The notes beneath the pieces are model-generated. The model did not search any database and was not told where the DNA came from. It worked only from the letters and a program-made list of their open reading frames with translations. The translations under genes were made by a program, and so were the position numbers. A stretch of DNA of 16,120 nt from a virus (lineage: Duplodnaviria > Heunggongvirae > Uroviricota > Caudoviricetes): positions 1 through 16,120 of the IMG/VR virus record IMGVR_UViG_2778261035_000013; one strand, 5' to 3'. Below, piece by piece: positions 1 through 7,625 of the stretch. The stretch's first letter is position 1. Every line of letters starts with the position of its first letter.

Positions 1-1284
1 TTAATCAATCAAAAAATCCCACAAATCTCTTAAGGTATGGAAGTTTTGATTTCCACCGTTCATATATTCATCACACATTTTTTCAAGATCATCATCGTCT
101 ATTGACAGGATAAAACCTCTGCCATCATTTGCCGTGTCAAGACAACGCTGTCTGAATAATTTTTTATCCTCAATCTTCCTACAAACGAGAATACCTACAT
201 TTCCCCTATTCCTTGAGAACCTACCAGATAACTGATCTAACTCAGGATTTGCAATTTCTGACGTATAGTTTTTACACTCAACATAAATTCTAGGGCATGT
301 GTAATGTTGCGAAAGCCAATTAAAGAAACCATATTTGGCTTCATTATTATAAGTAATATCAATCCTCTTTCTACCATCATGAATTTTTTTCTGTTTCGTT
401 GGATAACATAATGAAGGATAGAATATTACAGAAAATATCTCTTCAATAAGATCTTCGTACTCCCCAGCTTGTTTTGTACCCGGCTTTAATGATTTTAATT
501 TATTGAGAATTGGATATATGTCAATTTTGTCACTGATTTCCTCTAACTCATTGAAAACTTCATGTGATAATGGTGCAGATGGATTTTTTTCTTTATGCTG
601 TTTATAATCTTCAAATACATCAGGCCGTTGTAAAGTTTGATTAATTACAGAAGGCTTATCACTTCCATATTTATTTTTTAAACTTTTTTTAGTTACTCGC
701 CTCGTGCCATTTTTTAATACCTCTACCAAGGAAGAGTTATTCCTTAAATGTTCATCTTGCATTTCTGGCAATAAATAATGATTATAAAACTCGTCATATT
801 GCAAACATAACCTATGTCTAACCAATAGCTTAGGAACTAATATTACTTTTCCATAAGTTGTCATTGGTAATGATACAAATTCACTATACCACTTTCCTCC
901 ATGTGGATCCCATATTGGCCCAGAATCAATATTGGGCGTTAATTTTACGCCATAATATTCACATATTTCTTGTGTGTATTTTATAAATGGACCTCTTAAA
1001 ATATTGCTTACTGCATCAGAAATCATGTCAGTCCCGATTCCTGGTATTAGTAGCGCTGTATCTTCAAGATCTTTTAACAATCCAGTTGTGACGGCCTTAC
1101 TTTGAGTTAGTGCATTCCAAACCGAATGAGCGGAGCCAGCGCCAAAACCATGTCCACGAGATTTTTCGGACGAATACCCTAAATGAAATTCATTCCTCTC
1201 ATTCAACGAGGCTAACAATTTTTGTGCTTCAGCATTTTTGCCAACCTTAATTAGTTTTAAAACCTTCTCAAAGAAACTTTGCAA
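1..1284 (-). CDS. hypothetical cargo protein (427 aa in ORF track) with C-terminal PD-(D/E)xK-like nuclease signature; candidate defence gene
   Basis: Long uninterrupted ORF whose stop codon is at 1..3. Motif ...HDGRKRIDITY...(26 aa)...RIYVECKNY fits the D...(D/E)xK pattern of restriction-endonuclease-fold nucleases. AT-rich (about one third GC over the first 60 nt). Only in-frame start before the first internal Met is TTG at 1284 with no obvious Shine-Dalgarno, so the 5' end is uncertain. Confidence 0.6.
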   Translation of the reverse strand: MQSFFEKVLKLIKVGKNAEAQKLLASLNERNEFHLGYSSEKSRGHGFGAGSAHSVWNALTQSKAVTTGLLKDLEDTALLIPGIGTDMISDAVSNILRGPFIKYTQEICEYYGVKLTPNIDSGPIWDPHGGKWYSEFVSLPMTTYGKVILVPKLLVRHRLCLQYDEFYNHYLLPEMQDEHLRNNSSLVEVLKNGTRRVTKKSLKNKYGSDKPSVINQTLQRPDVFEDYKQHKEKNPSAPLSHEVFNELEEISDKIDIYPILNKLKSLKPGTKQAGEYEDLIEEIFSVIFYPSLCYPTKQKKIHDGRKRIDITYNNEAKYGFFNWLSQHYTCPRIYVECKNYTSEIANPELDQLSGRFSRNRGNVGILVCRKIEDKKLFRQRCLDTANDGRGFILSIDDDDLEKMCDEYMNGGNQNFHTLRDLWDFLID

Positions 1285-2044
1285 GTGAGATGTAAGTTCT
1301 TGCCCCCAATTCGAATCTAAGGATTTAATAGCACCAGGGTCTAGAAAAACTGGTGTCAGTATCTAGTGGTATGTCAACGAAATCTAGATAAGCTTGAGAA
1401 CGATTAAGTTTGAAATATTCCGAAAAGCGCATAAAGACTCCTAAAAATCGAATGGTTTTTCAAAAAACATAACGCTATTAAAGAATCAACCAAAAATTGA
1501 TGAGATGGGGCACAGCTTAAGCAGAGAGATTCATGTTGAACGATTGAACTCATCATCTCAAGTAAAGATAAATATGGCAAGTACGTGGTTTGACGGTTGA
1601 GCAACCATTGATTGCTTCACCTATCAAAAAGTCGGATTAATATCAAGAAAGTTTAAAACACACCATCACTTAAAATCATTTAACGACGAAAATCGCACTA
1701 CACCGCACCCGCCTGCGGTTTTCATATCACTAAAATTTTTCAGTTGTGATTTTTTACAAACGATATCGCCAGCCCGCGCCCGCTCTGGGGATGCTCTGCG
1801 AGACAGGAACTGAAAAGAATGAAAAGAAATTCAGCTTTTTTCAGTTTTACTGTCCGTCATGTCTGTGGTCTGAATACGCAACACTATGATATTAAATGGA
1901 TAATTTATTTTAGGTGTGTGATTTTATGAAAATTTGTGAAACATGAAAAACATAACAACTTGAAAAATAATAATTTTATGTCCGTATAAACTGAAATCCT
2001 GTGTTCAGGTTTCGGGAACGGATCGGCCACTCCCGACGCATACT

Positions 2045-2317
2045 TTACCCATTTTTTTGCGCAGCCAGCAGCAACTTTAAAGCCTTTTCCCGCTCCTCGG
2101 GTGGAATGGCATCAATGAGCTCTTTAACCCTCCCCTGCCCGTTCAGCGCGCTTGGACTAACGGAATGGGAGAAAGCAACATTCATCACAAACGAGTGACC
2201 GCACTCCACATTAGAGCAATAGCAGTACACATCGTACAGTTGTGGGTGTTTCCTGTTTGTTTTACCTATCCGCGCTACTGCCTGACATGTGGGGCAGTAC
2301 ATTCTCATCATCTTCAT
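2045..2317 (-). CDS. ogr: Ogr/Delta-family zinc-finger late-gene transcription activator
   Basis: MYCPTCQ...(18 aa)...YCYCSNVECGHSF matches the CPxC...CxNVxCxxxF signature of P2 Ogr / P4 Delta. Several in-frame ATGs (2317, 2311, 2308, 2302), so the exact start is uncertain. Confidence 0.8.
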   Translation of the reverse strand: MKMMRMYCPTCQAVARIGKTNRKHPQLYDVYCYCSNVECGHSFVMNVAFSHSVSPSALNGQGRVKELIDAIPPEEREKALKLLLAAQKNG

Positions 2318-2385
2318 CGTTCTGTGCCCTATACTGTTGCCCGCCAGAGGAAGGGATTTGGAACCCTACCTCTTGTTCTGAACGC

Positions 2386-2574
2386 GTAACACTGGTAACA
2401 CGTGTAACATTATTGATTTAAAAGGATTTAATCTGTTACCAGTTAGCATAATCAAGAGGTAACGCGTGGTAACACACCATTTTTTGTTACCAGTGTTACC
2501 AGTCAGTATTTTTGACTGGTAACACTGAAGAACAGCATCAGTCGCGGGTGTTACCTCTGTTACCAGTGTTACCT
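2386..2574. repeat. iteron array (putative origin / cis replication region for the alpha primase-helicase)
   Basis: Eleven copies of the heptamer GGTAACA/TGTTACC in about 190 bp: forward at 2387, 2395, 2404, 2468, 2518; reverse at 2434, 2485, 2494, 2549, 2558, 2567; a near copy at 2458. Copies within clusters are spaced 8-9 bp. Lies between the alpha stop (2600) and the ogr start. Resembles the P4 type I iteron TGTTCACC. Confidence 0.65.
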
Positions 2575-2599
2575 CATAAAAATAAGACTCACGCGATAA

Positions 2600-5287
2600 T
2601 TACTCAGGTTCGGCGCTTCCCAGTACCTGTGTATTGAACTGGTACACACGTTTAAGCCCTATTTCTGGCAGGCGAATGCTGTTTTGCGTCCGGCCATCTT
2701 CACCGGGTTTCAGCCAGCCCGCGTCCACACACAACCTGGCCACCTTACGCGAGTCAAATCCCTTACAGATCTCCTTCCAGCCTGACGGGAGAACGTAGAA
2801 CGTCACAACCGGCTCCGTTACGTTGTCTCCTTTATCGACTTTTCTGAATCCCATCATTGAAACAGGCCGGTTCCTGTCGTCATTCCAGTCAGCAAACCGA
2901 CTGAACTGATTACGCGTCATGAAGTCCCGTACCTGTTCAAGTGCCGCTTTATCTTCCTGATTAGCTGTATGGCCACGGTCAGCCATCCATGCAGCCAGAC
3001 AACGTTGAGCGGCACGAAAGGCCTCTCCCTCCGGCCATCCTGTGATGCCCGCTTTTGTGGCCAGTTCCCCGGCCATCGCAACCAGAGCAAAACGGGTAAC
3101 AGCCCGGCCAACCTGATTCCCGGCATTTTCCGGCGTCAGCCTTCGGGTGTACTCTTTCAATAAGGCTTTCGCCTGGCTGGTCAGTTCCGGCAGTTCAGCG
3201 GTCAGGCAATGCAGCCAGTCGCGGAATGGTGCGCCATGATAATGCGCTACGTGCTGCTCAAGATGCTCAGCCAGGGTTTTCCCGCTACTGAAGCCATGAA
3301 GTTCTTCAAACACGCCATATTTGCCCGAATCGCTTGGGATCTGGATCATTCTGACCTCAACCCCGGCATACGTACGTTCCCCGGCGCTTGCGGCATGCTC
3401 TACCAGTGACAGTTCCCCGGTGGACAGAAACAACAGATTCCAGCGGTTGGTTTCCCTTACCGAACCATCTGTTCTTGCTCTGGCTTTGCCCTGCCCGTTA
3501 GCCAGCATATAAGCGATATTCCCCGCCTCCCTGCCGTCAACCTCCCGGATTTCATCGAGCATCAGCGTGGCATCATTGCGGCGGCTCGCCGTTCCTTCTA
3601 ATGCATTCCCCGTCGCCCGCCACGTATGCCAGAAATCTGTTCCACCACATACTGATGCAGCCACTTTCATCGTCGTGGTTTTACCGTCTGTTGATTCCCC
3701 TTTGAGGTGATAACCTCCACCGCCGATACCAACCAGTTTCAGAAGGGGGGCAGCAAATGCCAGACTCACCGCAAAGGCAAGACGGGCATTCTTTATGCAG
3801 TAACGGCCTATATTTTCACGCCAGTCCTCTGATGTGCCGCTGACACGAAAATCACGCCCCTGCACACTCGATGTTTGTAAGATGACTGACTGGGCTTCGC
3901 GCCCTATCACTTCATCCTGGAGAACGTAAACCCCGCCGTGCCAACCCGTTTTATTCACACAGGTTACTTTTCTGTCCGGTTTACACAGCGAGATATATTC
4001 CATCAGGAATGCTCTGGCCATACCGTTAATGTTGATGTAAGAAAGCCCGTTAACCAGCAGAACGCGGCGCAGTTCTTCCCCGCTGCCACCCAGCATCTCC
4101 ATCGGCATTGCCCATTTACGGCTGTTTCCGTTGGTATCTTCCCATTCCAGCAAACGCCCGTAATTACTTCCATCAGCATCACTGGTGATTGCCGTCACCC
4201 GCAACGGACTGCAAATTTTGATATTACGTATCTCTGTATCACCATCAGACTTATTAACCAGCTTGTCGTACCACAAATATTCTTTTGTCAGCCGGAACCC
4301 TTCTGGTAAACGGGTCTGCCCTTTGCCATGCAACGTCATTTCTTCACGAAAGGCATCTCTCGCCCGTTCTTTCCCCACTTCCTGCCGATAATCATCCCAG
4401 TCAGCCTTATGGCGTACCGGAGGGAGCGTTACCCAGCCATCCACCGCTTTGGCGGCTTTCTCTGCCTGAATACGCCCGGTGTTTTCTTTGCCGTCAGCCA
4501 GATCATTATCTCCTGCCACAATGATCCGGGTTTCCGGCCAGCGTTTTCGGATCTGCTCCGTCACCTTCAGTAAATTGGTGGCAGCGACAGCCGCCACGAT
4601 CCATCCTTCAGTCAGCAGACTGACGGTAAGCGCCGTGGCAAAACCCTCAGTGATAATCACCTGTTCAGGTGTTTCAGCGGGTATATCTGTCAGGGCAATG
4701 AATGCGCCAGACAGCTGGCTACCGGGCAGCAGACTTTTATCCCCGTCAGGATTGATAAGCTGGCCACCGGTAATATTCCCGGAAATATCCGTCAACGGCA
4801 GCAGTAATGAACCGGAGGAAAATGTTATTCCGGCCAGATTCAAAGGCTGTGACAGCAAGGGAAGTGAATACCCGTGTAAGCCCTTGTTTGTCAGATAGAC
4901 CGGCTCACCATTGCAGGACTGCTGTCTGAGTCGGGTATATCCCTCCGCGCCCGCTTCTTTTCCTGCTGCCTTTTTCCTGGCTGGCAAAGCGGGCTTCTCC
5001 TGTATTTCTGGTAATGCAAGCGCCTCAGATACCATCCCGGCGACTTCTTTTATCTTTCTCCCTGTCACCAGACGAACCAGGTCAAGACCATCGCCATGAC
5101 CGCACTGATTACAAAACCACGTCCCACGCCCCGCTTTATCGTCCAGCCGAAAGCGATCTTTTCCACCACAGGCAGGGCAAGCCCCATGATGTCCTGCGGA
5201 CGGTACTTTAATACCTAATGCTGACAGGATATAAGGCCAACGGCCAATTGCAGCCCCTGAAATTGTGGATACAGACGGTGTTTTCAC
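2600..5287 (-). CDS. P4 alpha-like bifunctional DNA primase-helicase (895 aa)
   Basis: N-terminal zinc ribbon CPACGGKDRFRLDDKAGRGTWFCNQCGHGDG, Toprim-like acidic motif IIVAGDNDLADG, Walker A P-loop GESTDGKTT in the C-terminal half. GTG start at 5287 overlaps the stop of the upstream ORF (GTGA). Confidence 0.9.
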   Translation of the reverse strand: MKTPSVSTISGAAIGRWPYILSALGIKVPSAGHHGACPACGGKDRFRLDDKAGRGTWFCNQCGHGDGLDLVRLVTGRKIKEVAGMVSEALALPEIQEKPALPARKKAAGKEAGAEGYTRLRQQSCNGEPVYLTNKGLHGYSLPLLSQPLNLAGITFSSGSLLLPLTDISGNITGGQLINPDGDKSLLPGSQLSGAFIALTDIPAETPEQVIITEGFATALTVSLLTEGWIVAAVAATNLLKVTEQIRKRWPETRIIVAGDNDLADGKENTGRIQAEKAAKAVDGWVTLPPVRHKADWDDYRQEVGKERARDAFREEMTLHGKGQTRLPEGFRLTKEYLWYDKLVNKSDGDTEIRNIKICSPLRVTAITSDADGSNYGRLLEWEDTNGNSRKWAMPMEMLGGSGEELRRVLLVNGLSYININGMARAFLMEYISLCKPDRKVTCVNKTGWHGGVYVLQDEVIGREAQSVILQTSSVQGRDFRVSGTSEDWRENIGRYCIKNARLAFAVSLAFAAPLLKLVGIGGGGYHLKGESTDGKTTTMKVAASVCGGTDFWHTWRATGNALEGTASRRNDATLMLDEIREVDGREAGNIAYMLANGQGKARARTDGSVRETNRWNLLFLSTGELSLVEHAASAGERTYAGVEVRMIQIPSDSGKYGVFEELHGFSSGKTLAEHLEQHVAHYHGAPFRDWLHCLTAELPELTSQAKALLKEYTRRLTPENAGNQVGRAVTRFALVAMAGELATKAGITGWPEGEAFRAAQRCLAAWMADRGHTANQEDKAALEQVRDFMTRNQFSRFADWNDDRNRPVSMMGFRKVDKGDNVTEPVVTFYVLPSGWKEICKGFDSRKVARLCVDAGWLKPGEDGRTQNSIRLPEIGLKRVYQFNTQVLGSAEPE

Positions 5288-5694
5288 AGCAGCACCTCCT
5301 GACCTTCCGGCTTCACAAATTCAAAACCTTCGGGTAGTTCGCCATCAGGTGCACCGAAAATAATATCCCGGTAAACCTCACGCATCTCTGTGACACCAAA
5401 AACTGACAGGCGAATATTTTCTGACATAAAGCCCGGTTTAAGCATCTTTTCCAGTTTCTCTGCGGCCAGTATGCAACCTGCATCAGCCCCAAATTCATTC
5501 ACCCACGGCATTTCAATATGGTAAATAATATTACTCACCACTTTTTCGTGGGTGAGTTCTATTCGTTCGCCATCTTCAATATAAACAGGTTCATTATGAA
5601 CACGCGCCATTAAGGAAATGAATGCATCAGCAATGTAATACCGTAAGACTGCTGTTCGTAAAGCATGCACCTTTAAATTTTGATTATTATTCAT
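5284..5694 (-). CDS. hypothetical protein (136 aa), alpha-operon member
   Basis: ORF with ATG start; start overlaps the stop of the upstream ORF by 8 nt and its stop overlaps the alpha start; backbone-like GC. Confidence 0.6.
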   Translation of the reverse strand: MNNNQNLKVHALRTAVLRYYIADAFISLMARVHNEPVYIEDGERIELTHEKVVSNIIYHIEMPWVNEFGADAGCILAAEKLEKMLKPGFMSENIRLSVFGVTEMREVYRDIIFGAPDGELPEGFEFVKPEGQEVLL

Positions 5695-5923
5695 CGCGCA
5701 TCACTCCCTTAATTGTGCTGGTTTCCTTAACAACGCCATCCAGTTGTTCGGCAATACAGGCCACTAAAGCCGCAGCGCCTTCCGCTGAAACAGTTCTCGC
5801 TCCATTCACTGTGGGAACGGACAGAACCTCTGCAAGAAATTCACTGGCCAGTGCCGCCCGTAACAGACGACTCTCACCCAGTTCACTCAATATGCAGCCT
5901 TGCTTAAAATTCATGGATTTCAT
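5687..5923 (-). CDS. hypothetical protein (78 aa), alpha-operon member
   Basis: ATG at 5923 overlaps the stop of the upstream ORF (ATGA); GGAGGTG Shine-Dalgarno 5 nt upstream. Confidence 0.5.
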   Translation of the reverse strand: MKSMNFKQGCILSELGESRLLRAALASEFLAEVLSVPTVNGARTVSAEGAAALVACIAEQLDGVVKETSTIKGVMRDE

Positions 5924-6123
5924 GCAACCACCTCCCCGGAGCTTTTCACAGGGATACGGGCAGCAAAGCTCAGGATAAATTCAGTGGCAAGTTTAAGGCG
6001 TGCAGCATGCTCGCAGTCTGCGATTACACGCACAGGACGTGGACGGGCATCACGGTCTGTACGGCGGACAGCCAGAAAGACAAAGGTAAATTCAGGGTGA
6101 GATAAAGCAGGGACTGTAGCCAT
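5920..6123 (-). CDS. hypothetical protein (67 aa), first gene of the alpha operon
   Basis: ATG at 6123 preceded by GAAGGAGG Shine-Dalgarno. The ORF-track ORF (5920..6609, 229 aa) extends upstream over the regulatory leader and terminator and is probably not translated there. Confidence 0.45.
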   Translation of the reverse strand: MATVPALSHPEFTFVFLAVRRTDRDARPRPVRVIADCEHAARLKLATEFILSFAARIPVKSSGEVVA

Positions 6124-6175
6124 AATGGCAACCTCCTTCAGATAGCGGGTAACGCTACCACCGGAGTTCCTACGC

Positions 6176-6342
6176 TCATGGGTGGTAGCCCAGACGGGGG
6201 TAGGAATACCGGCTCTGAAGGATACCGGCCAGCCCGAAAGCTGCCCCGCCTGGACTACCATAATACTGATGATGTGGCGTAAAAAATAAAAAAATACAAT
6301 CAGCCACCACACCATAAATTTTAGGTGAGTCAAAGCTGCGAC
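6176..6342 (-). ncRNA. candidate CI/C4-like immunity antisense RNA (boundaries approximate)
   Basis: Region between the intrinsic terminator and the operon RBS that contains the inverted (seqB-like) motif copy at 6199..6224; no coding potential with RBS seen. By analogy with P4 CI RNA and P1/P7 C4 RNA. Ends not determinable from sequence. Confidence 0.3.
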
Positions 6343-6367
6343 ACAAAAAAACACGCCTGGCGCGTGT
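6343..6367 (-). terminator. rho-independent terminator
   Basis: On the minus strand: ACACGC / GCCAG loop / GCGTGT followed by TTTTTTT (plus-strand A-run at 6345..6351). Confidence 0.6.
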
Positions 6368-6563
6368 AGTATCGCCTTCAGATAACACGGGTTCCTACGC
6401 CCGGCTGCCGATTTTGCGGCAACCTTTAAACTATATCCCGTGCATTCCTGGTGAGGCAAGAAATTTATAACCGAAAACTGATCATTGCCTGGATTAATTA
6501 ACGCTGGCATGCTTAAGCCTCTGCTTAAAAATAGTTCTTCATTTTTTCCTGATGCTGTAAACG

Positions 6564-6585
6564 AGACCCGCCTCTGAGCGGGTCT
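6564..6585 (-). terminator. hairpin immediately 3' of the capsid gene (putative terminator)
   Basis: Perfect 8-bp stem AGACCCGC/GCGGGTCT with 6-nt loop, 13 nt after the capsid stop; the T-rich tract is on the plus-strand side only, so function as a minus-strand terminator is uncertain. Confidence 0.35.
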
Positions 6586-6598
6586 TTCTGTCGCTAAG

Positions 6599-7603
6599 TC
6601 AATCCGCAAACGTCAGAGCGCTCTCATCGACAGCCGCGTACAGTTCTGGTTCACCGAGTGCATAGCCTTCATTGCGCAGGTAGGAATGTACGTATTCACT
6701 GTTTTCATCATCAAACTCAGCACGAAACCAGCGTGTTATCGCCTGGGTGTATATATGCAGATTATCCAGCGTCGTTACTGCCAGACGCTTACCCGGCATA
6801 AACGGGGGAATAAACGCAAAGCGGCCAGCAACAGAACTTGTAGCCATCTGTGCAGCATTCACATCAGCCGGGCGGTCTGCGGCATTAAATAACTTCAGGC
6901 GTTGATGTGCTGCCAGCTCTGCCCCAACTAGTACAACCAGACGGGGATCTTCACGAAACTGCTCAGCAATAAGCTCAGTAATCAGATGGTTGGCCAGAGA
7001 ATCAATATTTTTCCAGGTGCCAGTCTCTCCCAGAGTGACAGGCTCAGAGATGATTTGCTTCCCGTTTCCGTAGGCTTTCGCCAGTGCATGCCAGCCAATA
7101 TTGACATCCTCGCCTTTTTTATTGATTTCCGGGTTTGTAGTATTTGCAATCGACACACCATTGAAACCGATCCGCAGCATATCCAGCGCATATGCCTGAG
7201 CAAAAAAGCTCTCAACCGTTTTCTCAAACTCATCCGGCACGCCGGTATGGTAAATATGAGACATATCGGAATAGCTGATCCGGGCGCAGGTATCCGTCTC
7301 TGTCAGAAAGAACTCCGTACCATTGATTGCTATTTTTTTGTGGAAACGGCCACCATCCGCACGTCCGGTATGCAGTTCACTGGCACCAATATTGACGGCA
7401 TTACCTGACACGGCGTTAACATCACGTAGCGTGATATTTTTAATAAGCCAACCGGATTCCAGAATTGAGGTACGCAGTATATTTTCAGTGGGTTCGCTTA
7501 ATGCAAAGCGTCTGTTTGATTCCTCCTGATAGTTAGTGCCAGTAACGAATTTATTATGATAACGACGTGCTGCGTCCGGCCTTTCAGTTTTGAAGGCATA
7601 CAT
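6599..7603 (-). CDS. P2 gpN-like major capsid protein (334 aa; HK97 fold inferred)
   Basis: Recognisable similarity to P2 gpN as recalled from memory: N-terminal RFALSEPTENILRTSILESGWLIKNITLRDV vs KFTVEPSVTQTLMNTMQESSDFLTRINIVPV; GFNGV; NIGW vs AVGW; EDPRLVVLVGAELAA vs EDPDLVVIVGRQLLA; LDNLHIY vs LENLSIY. ATG start with GGTGA RBS. Confidence 0.75.
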   Translation of the reverse strand: MYAFKTERPDAARRYHNKFVTGTNYQEESNRRFALSEPTENILRTSILESGWLIKNITLRDVNAVSGNAVNIGASELHTGRADGGRFHKKIAINGTEFFLTETDTCARISYSDMSHIYHTGVPDEFEKTVESFFAQAYALDMLRIGFNGVSIANTTNPEINKKGEDVNIGWHALAKAYGNGKQIISEPVTLGETGTWKNIDSLANHLITELIAEQFREDPRLVVLVGAELAAHQRLKLFNAADRPADVNAAQMATSSVAGRFAFIPPFMPGKRLAVTTLDNLHIYTQAITRWFRAEFDDENSEYVHSYLRNEGYALGEPELYAAVDESALTFAD

Positions 7604-7625
7604 AGTTTTTCACCTTTTTTAGTAT

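Larger units (their letters stand above)
6135..6400 (-). promoter_or_regulatory. P4/P1-type RNA immunity leader: three copies of the bipartite motif CCTTCAGA...TTCCTAC
   Basis: Direct copies at 6135..6175 (CCTTCAGATA / 21 nt / GTTCCTACGC) and 6375..6400 (CCTTCAGATA / 6 nt / GTTCCTACGC); an inverted copy at 6199..6224 (GGTAGGAATACCGGCTCTGAAGGATA). On one transcript the inverted copy can pair with both direct copies. The proximal direct copy overlaps the Shine-Dalgarno of the first operon gene. Confidence 0.55.

Noticed and set aside
1404-1604. 66-aa minus-strand ORF in the long intergenic spacer
   Set aside because: Low-complexity translation, no RBS, lies in an AT-rich non-coding region.
1285-2044. 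P2/P4-type cos site near the Ogr-like gene
   Set aside because: I could not find a sequence resembling the 19-nt P2/P4 cohesive end in this spacer or elsewhere in the window; a cos site may lie beyond the window.
2386-2574. Short repeat array as a possible CRISPR array
   Set aside because: Repeat unit is only 7-9 bp, occurs in both orientations and has no spacer-sized unique intervals; it fits replication iterons, not CRISPR.
2917-5211. Many 60-140-aa ORFs in other frames and on the plus strand inside the primase-helicase gene
   Set aside because: All lie wholly within the well-supported 895-aa gene, lack RBSs and have low-complexity translations; they are typical antisense or out-of-frame artefacts of a GC-rich gene.
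5920-6609. 229-aa ORF in the six-frame track
   Set aside because: Only the last 67 codons (from the ATG at 6123 with its GAAGGAGG RBS) look like a gene. The upstream part runs through an intrinsic terminator and the repeated immunity motifs, and has a membrane-like low-complexity translation typical of a spurious frame.
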